Counted from the stretch's first letter, positions 1-11,580 are shown. The stretch: 64,000 nucleotides of DNA from Marsupella aquatica (GCA_973895155.1 OZ316893.1:6844963-6908962); one strand, 5' to 3'. The notes: generated from the sequence alone by a model not told the origin. Numbers and translations are program-made.

Positions 1-2
1 TT

Positions 3-1928
3 GGTTACTATCGCCGGTTCATCAAGGATTTTGCCAAGCTGGCTTTACCATTAACCAATATGCTCAAGGCAGGAGCAGACTTCGAACCCACACCCGAACG
101 AGTCACAGCGGTGGTAGAATTGAAGCAGATGTTAGTAGAGGCCCCAGTCATGATAGCACCGGACTGGAACAAAGATTTTCATGTTTTTGTAGATGTCTCG
201 GGCTTCTGTATTGGCTCAGTACTAAGTCAGTTGGATGAGAAAGGAAGGGACCATCCCATATACTTCGCAAGCCGTCAGCTTGCCGATGCCGAACGGAACT
301 ACTCTACCACGGAAAGAGAAGCATTAGGAGTCATTTATTCTTGTAAAAAGTTTAGGCATTATTTACTAGGGTACAAGGTAATCTTTCATACTGATCATGA
401 AAGTTTGAAGTACCTAGTCAATAAGCCGGACCTTACAGGCAGAGTAGCAAGATGGATTTTGCTATTACAGGAGTTTGACTATGAGCTGAGGATCAAGCCG
501 GGAAAGTTACATGCCAATGCCGACTTCTTTTCAAGGATCACAGGTAAACCTGCCACGGATTGCATCGATGATCGATTCCCCGACGAGGAGCTATTCGTTG
601 TGGAAATAGCTGGTACATGGTACCCTGAGATTTTACAATTTCTCAGCACTTCCAGATTACAGCCAGGATTAAGCCGAGAGCAAGCCGCAGTCTTTGTACG
701 GAAGGTCAGACAGTATCAGTGCATTAAAGGCATACTGCACAAGCATGGAATCAACGGCACGATTCAAAGATGTTTGGAAAAGAGAGAGGTAAAACGAGTC
801 CTACGGGCCATGCATGGAGAGGAGGCCGGAGGACATTTTGCCCCAGTAACCACGTCTAAGAAGATATTAAATGCCGGTTACTGGTGGCCCACCTTGCACA
901 AAGATGTCTATCAGTTTATCAAACAATGCGATCCTTGTCAACGAGCGGGAGGACCAAGGGCGTCCACCAGGCATCCACTGCACCCTATTCTACCTCTGGC
1001 ACCATTCGAGAAGTGGGGTATTGATTACATTGGACCTCTGAAACCACTGACCCACCCTCGACGGAACAAGTACATAATCCTGGCTACGGATTATGCAACT
1101 AAATGGGTAGAGGCCAGACCAACAACGAAGGATGATGCAATTACTACGGCTAGATTCATGTATGAGCAGATCTTCACCAGGTATGGAGCACCCCTAGAAT
1201 TAGTTAGTGATAGAGGAACCCATTTTTTGAATGATATAATTAGTCGTTTAAATGAGCAGTATTTAGTTAAACATAGGCCTACTACTCCCTACCATCCAAA
1301 GGCAAACGGGTTGACAGAACGAGCAAACGGAATCATAGGAAAGATATTGAACAAGACAGTAGCTCAGAACAAACTCGATTGGGATGATAAATTGTTTGCT
1401 GTTGTTTTTGCTTACAATCTTGCCTATAAATCCACTACCGGTCATACACCCTTCTTCTTAACCTTTGGACAAGAAGCCCTGGTACCCATGCAACTTGAGA
1501 TACTGACATTTCAAGTTACAATTGAGGAAAGAGCCTCAGCGGAGGAGAGCCTAAAGGAGCGAGAATATAGGTTAGAAGCTTTAGAGGAAGCGAGAATGAT
1601 TTCAGCCGAGAGAGTAGAATATAGACAGAATATCATGAAGCAGCAGTATGATAAAAGGTTAAAAGTAGTTAGTATTCATACCGGTGATCTTGTGCTACTT
1701 TATGACAGTAGGTATAGTAGGTTTCCAGGAAAGCTTTACACTCGCTGGTTAGGACCCTTTAGAGTAACCATGATGTTCCCCAATGGCTCCGTACAATTGG
1801 CCAACATTACGGGAGAGGTATATCCAGTTCGCATCCATTATGACCGCCTCAAGAAATACTATATGGACGAAGATGAAGTTGTTCGCGAGGACGCTTCACA
1901 ATTAAGTGGGGAGCTATGTGATGCCTAG
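3..1928 (+). CDS. pol: Gypsy Pol C-terminal part: RT thumb/connection, RNase H, integrase (partial)
   Basis: Frame is open from position 3 (GYYRRFIKDF). RNase H motifs FVDVSGFCIGSVLSQ, ASRQL..AERNYSTTERE, HTDH..LKYL. Integrase HHCC (H..GGHF...CDPCQR) and core WGIDYIGP, SDRGTHF, YHPKANGLTER. No chromodomain seen. Confidence 0.95.
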   Translation, partial: GYYRRFIKDFAKLALPLTNMLKAGADFEPTPERVTAVVELKQMLVEAPVMIAPDWNKDFHVFVDVSGFCIGSVLSQLDEKGRDHPIYFASRQLADAERNYSTTEREALGVIYSCKKFRHYLLGYKVIFHTDHESLKYLVNKPDLTGRVARWILLLQEFDYELRIKPGKLHANADFFSRITGKPATDCIDDRFPDEELFVVEIAGTWYPEILQFLSTSRLQPGLSREQAAVFVRKVRQYQCIKGILHKHGINGTIQRCLEKREVKRVLRAMHGEEAGGHFAPVTTSKKILNAGYWWPTLHKDVYQFIKQCDPCQRAGGPRASTRHPLHPILPLAPFEKWGIDYIGPLKPLTHPRRNKYIILATDYATKWVEARPTTKDDAITTARFMYEQIFTRYGAPLELVSDRGTHFLNDIISRLNEQYLVKHRPTTPYHPKANGLTERANGIIGKILNKTVAQNKLDWDDKLFAVVFAYNLAYKSTTGHTPFFLTFGQEALVPMQLEILTFQVTIEERASAEESLKEREYRLEALEEARMISAERVEYRQNIMKQQYDKRLKVVSIHTGDLVLLYDSRYSRFPGKLYTRWLGPFRVTMMFPNGSVQLANITGEVYPVRIHYDRLKKYYMDEDEVVREDASQLSGELCDA

Positions 1929-1992
1929 ACAGGAATCACTCGGCCGGTTAACTGGGTAAAGCAGGAAGGCACCCTAGGAACACCTTAGTATA

Positions 1993-4900
1993 GTGACAAA
2001 ACAAGGAAAATATAAACAATTAGGGGCAACCATGGAACCCGGGCAGAGGCCGGAGGTAAGGCTCAGGGTGAAAACCCGATTAGGGTTAGGGCGCGTTAAG
2101 CGTCGGCGGCTAGGAAGGATCAACGGGAAGAAGGACCGGCAGAGGAGAGGGGTAAGGAGCGCTTGTAGGAGATGGTGGCTCATTTGCGAGCACGAACTAG
2201 GCAGACGACTACGGGAGGCCAACTACTGTCAGCTGCTTAGGCAAGCACTCGGGGAGAGAGTAGATACCGACGATCGACCTAAGGAGGGTATGAGCAACGT
2301 AAATCAAGCGGCACATTTCTGGGGATGCCTGTTCGAACGGGCAACTGAGTACATCAAGACTTACGAGGATGAGGAGTCAGAAAGGGCAGCTCGAGAACGG
2401 CAGGAGCTCACTCGATTGTGGGAGCTGCAGAAGACGGCTTTCTTAGGAGGCGAACTCATCAAGGACGAGTTCCTGTGGACGCCTACTTCCAATCAACTCG
2501 ATGATCTTCTGTTTTGCAAAGACAGCGTCGTCGGCATCCGAGAGGCCATCAAGAACTGCAACGACATACACTGGGAATTAAAGGGTAGCACGGAAAGGTG
2601 GACCCAGGCAACGGTGCTAGGAGAAACCTCCACGGCAGCAGAGATGAAGAGGAAGGGAGCCGTCAACGATGAAGCCACCCCGGCAAAAAGAACGAGGTCG
2701 GCGGCACCAAAGAAGCCAGCCGAGCAGCAGAGCAGGAGGCAGGGAGAAGCCGAAGAGGAGGAGGTTGATCCCATCAAGGCCATTCCAACCAGGGATGACA
2801 CTTGGAAGGGCTGGGCGGAAACCCTACCGGTGGAGGTGCAACTACATTTTGCACGGGAGGAGGATGCATGCTTTACGGCCATGCAGACCAAGAAGTACCA
2901 AGGCTTCATGGCCGGATCCAGCTTGGAGGCCTTTGTAAGATTACCATGGCTGAAGCCGGAGGTACCGGAGTCAGACCTATTAGAATTCGTGGGGTCATGG
3001 GAACCCGAGACCAATTGCACGAGGATATATGGGAAGTATTTCTATCTTACTCCCAAGGTGATTGCCGAAGTGTTTGGCTTGCCGACGGGCAATAAGACCA
3101 AAGTTGATACCAGGAAGACCTTGCCTGACAAGGAGTTCCGGTCGTTCCCCGGGCCATCAACGAAGAATGGCTTCTTCCGGAACACCTGCACCAACCCGCA
3201 CATAGGAGAGATGATCGACTTCTTGCGGGTGACCATGCATTGTAACTTGCCGAGGGCAGAGATCGGCAAGGCACAGGTCTATCTGGCAGAAAGGCTTGAC
3301 CCAAGCCGGGACTACAACGGGTACCTCCTCAACCAATTGAAGAAGATCTTAAAGGAGGAGCAGCAGGTAATCGGCATGGGGAGCGTGTCGCGGCTTGGCT
3401 ATCACATGCCGCTGTTGTGCCGGTATGCCAGAGGTCAAACTTTTGCCCCGGTACTTCCCCTGCAGGTAAGGGCACCCGAGGAAGCTCCAACGCCGAGGCC
3501 GTTGGCTGAGAAGCCTCAACCACCTGTTAGTCCTACGATCGAGCAGGTGTTTAGGCCCAGGAAGGAAGACTTGCCGATGCAGCAACCAGGCATGCAGAGT
3601 CTGCTGAAACTACTGGAGAAAGAAAAGAAATCGGCATCGGCAACAACAACGGCAACGGCAACAATGCAGGACACTACTACAGAGGTAGGCCTACACCGGC
3701 TCACAAGAGAAAACCCCTTTGCTGGAGACAAGGAGAGAATCAGGTCGGAATCCAAGCCAGGTGTTCGAATGTACGTGGGAACCTCAAGCTCCGAATCTGA
3801 GGCAGAATTGCCTGAAGCTCCTACCGAGGAAGAGGAGAGGGAGAAACCGGACGTCCAAGAGGTAGAGGAGGCAGTGGAGGACTGCAGCCATGATAATTCC
3901 GGCTATGGGTCGGACCATCACGTTCCAGGAGTAAGGACCTGTGGCCGGTTTGTCCCCACACTTCCAAGGGTAGTGCGAGGGGACCCCAACCAGCAGAGTA
4001 GCCCTGAGTCTCCCCCACCAGATGTTGCTCCCCCGAGCTTCGACGGCATAAAACAGACGGTGCAGGAATTTCAGGAGCGAATCAAGCAGGAGGAAGAGGC
4101 CGCCCTGGCTAAGGAAAAGGATTTACCAGGAGGAGATTGGCCGGAGGACATCAGGCGGCTAGCCGAAAAAGGAAGCAAACCTCTAGCCACGATTGAAGAG
4201 ATCCGCAGGACGGCTTGGGAGCAGAGGCCACGATGGGCGATGCCGATCACTTCTACTTACTCCACCTACGCTAAGAATAGAGCCATGGAGTATGGTGAGA
4301 TGTGTGGGGAACTTGCGCTCGGCATCTTTGGAGAGGAGTTGGAGGTAGGACCCTTTTTCCATAGGGAGCAGTTGGAGAAGCACCAATTAGAAGAAGCGGT
4401 GGCTTTAGAGAGAAGCAAGAAGGACGAGGTCATTCGGCGGCTTAGGAGGATGGAAGCCGAGATTGAAGATCTAAGGGCGGCCAAGAAAGCCCAAGATGAA
4501 CTATGGATTAAACGACATGAGTTGAACATCATGCAGGGGCAGTTGGACACCGCGCAGGCTGATAATCATAATATCAAGGATAAACTGACTCAGACGCAGG
4601 AAGAGTTGGCCGACACGATCAAAGAGAGGGAGAAGTGGAAGCAAGAGCTGAAGAATACAGAGGAGGCCCACATAACAGCCAACAGCCGGGCCATGGCGGA
4701 GACCCAAAGAAAGGAATGGGCGTTGAAAGGGGAGCTCGAGAAAATCCGCGGAGCCCTTGAGCAGAAGGAGGTCGAGTTAGGGAAATCCTATCAAGGGATT
4801 ATGGCGCTGCAGCAGGAGCTTGCGTCCCTGACGGCCAGCTTCAAGGCCGACCTAAGGGAGAAGGACGAGATGCTCGAACAGACTTACGCCAAGATGAACC

Positions 4901-5256
4901 AGATGGAGTCTGTCATCATTGCAGAGCTCGACAAGGAGCTAGGAGCAACCCAGGAGGAGAGGGCTACCTTGAAGAAGGAATTGGAGGAAGCCCACAGGGA
5001 GCAGGAGGAGGCCAAAAACGAGCTGGAGGGGGCACGTAAGGACCTGGATGAAACCCAAGAGGAGTTGGAGGAAATCACGAGGAAGATGGAGAACCTACAG
5101 CGGCGGGCTGACAACCAAACAGAGCGGCTGAAGAAACAAGCCGCAGTATTTAAATGCTTAGCTGCAGCAGGTCCATCTCCCGTTGGGACAAACCAGTTAC
5201 CAGGGGTGGTAATTGCCGAAGGACAAGCCGCGTCAACTGCACCAGTGCCGGAGTAA
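1993..5256 (+). CDS. Extra ORF of the Gypsy element (env position): Athila-type 'plant transposon protein'-like segment plus long C-terminal coiled coil
   Basis: Open for 1087 codons. The segment LLEFVGSW...RIYGKYFYLTPKVIAEVFGLP resembles the EFY...vrG...i..llgLP motif of Athila accessory ORFs. The last ~270 aa are E/K/Q/L-rich heptads. True start codon is uncertain. Confidence 0.75.
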   Translation: MTKQGKYKQLGATMEPGQRPEVRLRVKTRLGLGRVKRRRLGRINGKKDRQRRGVRSACRRWWLICEHELGRRLREANYCQLLRQALGERVDTDDRPKEGMSNVNQAAHFWGCLFERATEYIKTYEDEESERAARERQELTRLWELQKTAFLGGELIKDEFLWTPTSNQLDDLLFCKDSVVGIREAIKNCNDIHWELKGSTERWTQATVLGETSTAAEMKRKGAVNDEATPAKRTRSAAPKKPAEQQSRRQGEAEEEEVDPIKAIPTRDDTWKGWAETLPVEVQLHFAREEDACFTAMQTKKYQGFMAGSSLEAFVRLPWLKPEVPESDLLEFVGSWEPETNCTRIYGKYFYLTPKVIAEVFGLPTGNKTKVDTRKTLPDKEFRSFPGPSTKNGFFRNTCTNPHIGEMIDFLRVTMHCNLPRAEIGKAQVYLAERLDPSRDYNGYLLNQLKKILKEEQQVIGMGSVSRLGYHMPLLCRYARGQTFAPVLPLQVRAPEEAPTPRPLAEKPQPPVSPTIEQVFRPRKEDLPMQQPGMQSLLKLLEKEKKSASATTTATATMQDTTTEVGLHRLTRENPFAGDKERIRSESKPGVRMYVGTSSSESEAELPEAPTEEEEREKPDVQEVEEAVEDCSHDNSGYGSDHHVPGVRTCGRFVPTLPRVVRGDPNQQSSPESPPPDVAPPSFDGIKQTVQEFQERIKQEEEAALAKEKDLPGGDWPEDIRRLAEKGSKPLATIEEIRRTAWEQRPRWAMPITSTYSTYAKNRAMEYGEMCGELALGIFGEELEVGPFFHREQLEKHQLEEAVALERSKKDEVIRRLRRMEAEIEDLRAAKKAQDELWIKRHELNIMQGQLDTAQADNHNIKDKLTQTQEELADTIKEREKWKQELKNTEEAHITANSRAMAETQRKEWALKGELEKIRGALEQKEVELGKSYQGIMALQQELASLTASFKADLREKDEMLEQTYAKMNQMESVIIAELDKELGATQEERATLKKELEEAHREQEEAKNELEGARKDLDETQEELEEITRKMENLQRRADNQTERLKKQAAVFKCLAAAGPSPVGTNQLPGVVIAEGQAASTAPVPE

Positions 5257-5654
5257 GTGGGAAGGGGAAGGGACCAGCTGCCGAGCCACCAACGAAGAAG
5301 AAGCGGAAACCTTCAGGGTCAAGGAGTAATACGACTTCACAGGCCGTGGTGATCAAGGAGGTAGACCCAGCACCAACCCCAGACAGGGTCACGGCTAAGG
5401 ATCCAACTACCCTAGGGGAAGGGGAGGCCGAAGCCGAGGGAGTGGCTGAAGCCGAAGCCGTGGGAGTGGCTGAGGCTGAAGCCGTGGGTATTGCCGAGGC
5501 CGGTGTCGAGGCTGAAGCCGAAGGTGGACCCAGTCAGGCCGATGGAGAGTTGACTCGGTCAAGGGCAGGTAATCTGTCAGTAGGCGGGCCAACGGCAGTG
5601 GCTGAGGAGGAAGTGTTGGGGGCGTCCATTGAGGATCCACCACCGGTGTCGTGA
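5154..5654 (+). CDS. Possible small overlapping ORF with a basic NLS-like patch and acidic EAEAVGVA repeats
   Basis: 166-aa ORF with TKKKRK and 24-bp repeats encoding AEAEAVGV; coding-like composition, but function is unsupported. Confidence 0.35.
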   Translation: MLSCSRSISRWDKPVTRGGNCRRTSRVNCTSAGVSGKGKGPAAEPPTKKKRKPSGSRSNTTSQAVVIKEVDPAPTPDRVTAKDPTTLGEGEAEAEGVAEAEAVGVAEAEAVGIAEAGVEAEAEGGPSQADGELTRSRAGNLSVGGPTAVAEEEVLGASIEDPPPVS

Positions 5655-6364
5655 CGGTGCAAGGGCGCCGTTCCTTTTAGGGAGGGCGGACCTGGAGGGA
5701 GGAGGCGTGAGTGGGCAGGGCGGGCGCGGATCTCCACGTTTAGGATTAGGATCAGAACCAGGAGCGGCCCTGACACTTAGCTTAGTGGGATTGCGGTTCC
5801 ACTGGTAGGAGCAACACTTGTGCTCCTGCCTTACTGTACATAGGTAGATTCGGGCAAGTAGATTACTGTCAGGTAGATTAGGCTTACGATGCAAAGAATG
5901 GCGGATCCACTACCAGGATAAGTACCTGGGCAGCGGGGAGCTCAGGGCCTCTTCTTTAGCAAGTTTTTAGTTTGCACCAGCCGGGCTGGGATCAAGTAGT
6001 ACGAGAAGCTCTCGGTTAGTCATACAGTGACCCTTGTGTATATTCATGTTTCCTCATGCCTAAGAGCTGAATAGAGTTGGCCTCACGGCTTAGTTCGCAG
6101 AACTTGTGTATGAGATGTACTGTTTGTATGGCAAGTGCATGGTATGACTCAGTCAGAATGAGTCATTTTGCTATTTGTGTGTCGCATTAACTTGTGTGAA
6201 GAGTGCCCACATCAACAGAAGGAAGGAAAGTAAGCAGGGGAGTGAGAGTTGGATGTGTCGAGCTGAGAGAGGTCTTAGCGGCTTAACCAAGCCTATTGGG
6301 GATCATTCCGGCGGCGGAATCCAAACATACCTAACAAGAAGACAGGGGAAGACAGGGGAAGGCC

Positions 6365-6566
6365 TATATTAGGCCGGCTACGTATCTCATGACCCGATGA
6401 AGGATCTGTCCAGTATATGTGTGTAAAATGTTAATAGTAGTAGTAGAAAGTTAGCAGCGTCCCATGCCGCTAAGCCGCGGAAACGGCCTCGCCAAGCACG
6501 AAACCTGCGGGAATCGGCTTGAGCTGGGGGGTTTCTTGGGTTTAGGGAGCCATGGGACGCACCACA
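6365..6566 (+). repeat. Putative 3' LTR (~200 bp) of the Gypsy element
   Basis: Follows PPT AAGAAGACAGGGGAAGACAGGGGAAGG. Starts TAT (possibly mutated TGT) and ends ACA. The partner LTR is not in the window. Confidence 0.6.
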
Positions 6567-8204
6567 GCAATCAGTGCCTATCTTTCTCTGTAAGGGTGAT
6601 CTGCCTTCAAAAAATGACGATGGCCCATGTATATCACTTTCTGCAGGGCTCTGGAGTACCACTGGTGACATTGCGCCCATAGATAGTACAAGCACAATAT
6701 CCTTTTGTTGTTTGGCCTGATATGATCCCATGAGCTGGGTAGTCAGCTATAGTCAGAATGACGATGGCTATAAGGATGAATGGGTTTAACCTCCCAAGCC
6801 TCTGTAGGACATCATATGTGAGGACTCCTTCCTCCCAAAGCTTTCTCAATTCCTCCACTAGGGGAGCCAAAAACACATCTAAGTATGCTGGCAGATACAA
6901 CACTGTCTGGCCCTGGTATCAGTAGGACCATCAGAACAAAAAATTGCTTTGTAGTCATCCAAGGAGGAAGGTTATAATTCAAAATAGTTACAGGCCAACA
7001 CAAAAATTTGTTGTTCTTGTCTCCAAATGGGTTGACCCCATCCAATGACAGCCCAAGTCTGACATTCCTCGGCTCAATAGCAAATTCGGGATACATCTCA
7101 TCTATGAGTTTCCACTGCCTTGAATCTGCAGCATGTCGTTGTAGCCCATCATCACTTTTCTTGTCAGTTGCCCAAGTCATCATCTCCAAGATGGCACGGC
7201 TTCTGAACATCCGCTGAAGTCTGGGAATGAGTGAAAAATGACGAAGTACCTTGGCGGGAACCATAGACTTTCCTGAGTTCCGATACCTGTGCTTCCCACA
7301 CTTAGGGCATGTCAACGATTCTATATACTCTTTTCTGAAAAGAACATGCCCATCAGGATAGGCATGGATGGAATCATAGTTCAATCCAAGATTAGATATG
7401 CATCTTTTTGCCTCGTACATGTTCTTGGGCAAAATATTACCCTCTGGTAGCACAGTTGTTCGCAAGAATACCAACAACTCAGAAACCAAAACATTGGGGA
7501 CATTGTGGTTGCCGCAAATGTTCAGGAACATGATGACAAATCCCAGTTTAGAACATTTGCTACTGGGGTACAAAGACTTCTTGCCTTCCTGTATTTGCAG
7601 GGGAGAGCCAAACATCACATCATGCCCAGGGGTTTCCTGCCCTATCTCAAACTCATCAACAGGCTCTTCAACAGGGGGCACTTGCATTTGCAGCCGTATC
7701 CTCTTCGTTGTCCAGCCCATCGTGAAATGCATCCAAGTCTTGGAAGATGTCTCTCACCATCTCTTCCACATGAATTCCTTTGTCATGTGGTGCTGCCTGA
7801 GCACCATCCCGTTGGAGAGCTGACAACCCATAGAGACCAGCTACAACATTTTCAAATGCACTAGGCTGCAGAACCTCACTTGCCCGTCTTGCAGCATTGG
7901 CAGCATCAAATTCTAACCTCCACTCCTCGTCGGAAGAATCTTCCTCTACAGGATCATTCCAAACTCGATGTCGTGGATCTCTTCCATGAACCGTGATATG
8001 CCGCCAAACCTCATTCAGACCCCTGGTACGGGATCCTTGGCAGATTGCACAAGGACATCCAATCCTACTGGCTCTTGAAAGTCTGGTTCGTAACCTTTCA
8101 CGCTGCCAAAGCTTATTATCATGGCGTGATATCCTTGTGGGATGATGCAAAGGCAGTCCCTGTGCCCTGGGCTGGGTCTGGGGAGGGTGGTGACCAGGGT
8201 GCAT
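6567..8204 (-). pseudogene. tnpD: CACTA TnpD-like transposase, copy A (N-terminal part; frameshifted and interrupted by the Gypsy)
   Basis: Transposase-associated CPCAIC...H motif; Transposase_21 motifs LRHFSLIPRLQRMF, RNVRLGLSLDGVNPF, YNLPPW, ADYPAHG. Split over three frames. Confidence 0.93.
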
Positions 8205-8554
8205 TGTAATAGGCTGGGAGCTCTGTAGTCATGGACAACAATGAACAAGGATGCCTAATGGTGGTATTTGTGTTCCATATATCCCTAACTGTATCTGCCA
8301 ATGAAAAGAGTTAACATAACGTGTACTAAATTCTCACAAACCCTAAACCACCCCAAAAGAAAAAACCAGGTTCGCGAGTAGTGTACCTATTGTCAAGTGA
8401 ATGACACAAAATTCCTAAATATTGGAGGGTGTCACCACCTCCTCCGCTGTCCTCAAATGTACCGCCTCTGCATGTACACCCATGACCATATCAGAGTCCA
8501 ATCATGTATAGTCACAGGCACGGGTGTGAGATCGGTATCAGATATCTCACCTTA

Positions 8555-9082
8555 TTACCAGGTGAGATATGGGTACCAACCCTGTTCTCGATGCCACTCA
8601 GACCTCAGGTACTCAGGCATGTACATTAAATCATCAAGGTCTAAACCTTGCTCATGCCATGGGGGTCTTGCATCCGTGCCTACAAGCAGTGGATGCAGTG
8701 CCCTCCACTGGGGGCAAGTTGCTACCAAGTCCCTCCACCATGTATTAATTTGTCTATATTTGCAGATATCTTGTGCACAGGACACCACAAGAACCCTCGG
8801 CCAGACATGTGAAAGAACTATATCATCTGCCAAATCAGGCAACAAGGAACCACCTACAACATCGGGCTTGTCTAACTCATCTGCTGAAAAGTAGATGTCC
8901 ACTTCGGACTGTGCATCCTCATTCATGATAGATTCAGCGTCTCTTGCATCCTTGGGCGGTGCCAAGAAATGTTTTAGCACCAACCCATGCAGGAGAGTCC
9001 TAACTGTGGCCAGCCATATGGCAACCCAGAGGAGGAGCCGTAATAGCGCCTGTTGATCTAGGAAAGGCAACATACCCACCAA
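8555..9082 (-). CDS. F-box-like cargo protein, copy A
   Basis: LLPDLADDIVLSHVWPRV...YRQINTWWRDLV matches the F-box pattern LP.LPDD....il.rl......r.Vs+.Wr.lv. Homologue in copy B. Confidence 0.55.
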   Translation of the reverse strand: MVGMLPFLDQQALLRLLLWVAIWLATVRTLLHGLVLKHFLAPPKDARDAESIMNEDAQSEVDIYFSADELDKPDVVGGSLLPDLADDIVLSHVWPRVLVVSCAQDICKYRQINTWWRDLVATCPQWRALHPLLVGTDARPPWHEQGLDLDDLMYMPEYLRSEWHREQGWYPYLTW

Positions 9083-9299
9083 ATTCTACCGCCGAGATTT
9101 AAGCCCACCCAGTACGTTTACAGAGACACCCCCAGGCAGCAGGAAACAACAATCCGCCAACAGTAAAATAAGCCCAACTGCCACCAACCATAACAAGGTA
9201 CATTAGTTCAAAGATCACATTTATTTCAATGATCTGATTTATACAAAAAAACTTGTGTCCAAACTGATGCTACTACTCCTCACTCTGATTCAGAATCGC

Positions 9300-10154
9300 T
9301 AATGACCCATTCCTCACTTGTTATCTCATAGTCCTCTCTGTAAGGATCCTGACCCTTCCGTGGCCAGGCCTAAAAAAGATCATAGTCCATTGGGTTTTGA
9401 CGCTTCCCAGCTACTACTGATTCCACAAGCCAAGCATATGAAACCACAAACACATTATGGGACATGACATAATTTAAGCGAATGTCTCCCTTCCCAAGCT
9501 TGCGGCAGGCTTTGGGATATGACATAGTAATGACATGAGTGGTGTCCTCTGTTATATTCTCCTCCACTATCCCACCTAGGTCAAGCACTGTGGACTTGTA
9601 CACTTTGCACTTAACCTCTCCAATTCCTGCCTCCACAAATACCATGCTCAGCCCTTTCAGAATGGGGGTTGGTTGCTTCGTCTCCTCAGCCAACATACTC
9701 TTCAGCCTTGTAGACCTCTGTCCTTTGTTGAGTACAGGTCCATATTGGAGATCAGTAAGCCGTGCCTTTGCTTCCCAGACTTCTTGTTCAGCCCAAGCTG
9801 ATGCAGTAGCTTCTTCATCCTCCCAAGCTCATATTGCTCAGTATCCTGTACAATCTTATGTGCTATGGAATCTGTGATCCAAGAGGCCTCAACTACTTTT
9901 AGGCCTTGCTTAGTAATTGCAGAATTCATGTAGGACCATGACCACTTCTTTATCACTGATAGCCATGTCCCTGCAACAACATGTGTAGTCTCTGGAGTGA
10001 TGTCCTGAACTACAGTGCCATGGAGCTCAGAGAATCGTTTCTATATAGTTGGCCAATGCACTTTGGTCAACCCATGCTGGCCATGGACCAAAATGGCTCT
10101 GACCCCTATAAACACTGCTGGATGGTCACACTTTCTATGTTTCCCAGGCTCCAT
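9300..10154 (-). pseudogene. Tandem BRCT-domain cargo gene, copy A (stop plus frameshift)
   Basis: LGGIVEENITEDTTHVI, VVSYAWLVESV and VVEASWITDSI are BRCT hallmarks; homologous to intact ORF 29234-30097. The 3' end coordinate is approximate. Confidence 0.8.
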
Positions 10155-10746
10155 GTACACACACCCTACATGATGATAGTGAATTTTGGAAGAATGGGTT
10201 CACCTGACAATACAAGGACAACAAAATTCCTGCTTTTTGAGTTGATCTGGCCCACTGGTGCTCAGGTCCGATTTTGATAGGTACAAGGGATATGTGAACA
10301 ATACGTACTAGGCACCTGCATGGATGCAGGACATTGTTTGAATATATACTACAAAATCCATATCGAAGGTGAAATGAAGTGCAACCAACTTGTCATGGCA
10401 CATACATATTTTGTTGTAAAGGAGGATACGTTCAATGACAAAATTATAGGGCAATTTGATTAATTGCATGCCTGATAATTTATACGCTTACAACTTAGAA
10501 GTCCTGTTTTAATTTAGCAGTCTGATGAAAGTGTTTATGAAAATGACCACTCAGCCTAAATACTTCCAGGAAGGCTTGTAAGGACAAGTTTTTATAGGCA
10601 TGTACCCAACCACTGATGCCAGAGCACAAGATAAGTGCTGCCTATATAAACTTGCCTACCCAACTCCTTTTCAAAATTGGAATCTCTGCAATCTCAAAAA
10701 ATAGTACATCCACATCAGGTGCACTGTGCATGTACAATGTTCAGCT

Positions 10747-11424
10747 TCACAGCCAAGATATGTGATCTCTCACAGGAGTGCGCGAGGTAGGATCAATGGC
10801 ATGGCGATGACAATAAAATATCCATCGATCAACACCATGTGCAGAGTGATCATAGATTTCTCTGTCACAAGCATAACCCTTTGCTTGACGATCTTTCAGG
10901 CAATGATAGTGCCACATGGTGGGACACCTAGCACAGTGGACTATGTCAATCCAGTACTCATGATCATGCTCACCACATGCCTTGCACCTATGAAGTGGGC
11001 AAGCTGTGGCATGAGCAGGCAAACACTCAAAACAGAAAAATCTCACACAAAAACGGTCTGGACATTTCCTAACAATTGTTGGGGCATCAACAGAGCCCTC
11101 ATAGGACCCCAACTTTCCACACTATGCACACTTAGCCTGCTTCTCCAAACAATCAATGCACATCCAATCTCCCTGGTGTGTTGACGGGAGGCCCACCCCT
11201 GGACAGTTGTTTTCTGCAGCAAGGTCAGACTCCGGGTTGAGGTGGAAATGCCTCATGCAAGGGCCCTCACAAATGACCAGGCCCCCACCATCGTCACAAA
11301 TGGCACAACAATGAGCTGCCTTCTGGAAAATCTGACTTGCAGAGAAGTTAGCATCTGCCCCAAGTACAATTGTGTTTCTCACCTCTGTCACACGCTTTTT
11401 GGCTTGAATTTTAGGTCGTGCCAT
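10747..11424 (-). pseudogene. EDM2-type PHD-finger cargo gene, copy A (one in-frame TAG at 11122-11124)
   Basis: CAICDDGGGLVICEGPCMRHFH...CPLHRCKAC...CARCPTMWHYHCL...IFYCHRHAIDPTSRTPVRDHI. The two ORF-track pieces are in the same frame. Confidence 0.88.
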
Positions 11425-11435
11425 GCCTGCGCATG

Positions 11436-11579
11436 AGATAGACTCTACAATTTAGCAGACTGCATAGAAAGTAATATATATTTAGCATTTAAGATACAAA
11501 GGCATTTAGATAGACTCTACAATTTAGCAGACTGCATAGAAAGTAAAATATATTTAGCATTTAAGGTACAAAGACATTT
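11436..11579. repeat. 72-bp tandem duplication next to the Copia insertion site
   Basis: AGATAGACTCTACAATTTAGCAGACTGC... at 11436 and 11508, near-identical. Confidence 0.9.
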
Positions 11580-11580
11580 G

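Larger units (their letters stand above)
1..6566 (+). mobile_element. Ty3/Gypsy LTR retrotransposon (non-chromovirus, Athila-like), 3' part; inserted into the CACTA-A transposase
   Basis: RT end/RNase H/integrase ORF, a large downstream ORF, a polypurine tract at ~6336-6362 and a putative 3' LTR ending CACCACA at 6566, where CACTA transposase sequence resumes abruptly. The 5' end lies outside the window. Confidence 0.9.

Noticed and set aside
2493-5114. Antisense ORFs within the Gypsy extra ORF (and similar ones opposite Copia, tnpD and enolase)
   Set aside because: These are shadow frames of real coding sequence with no independent motifs.
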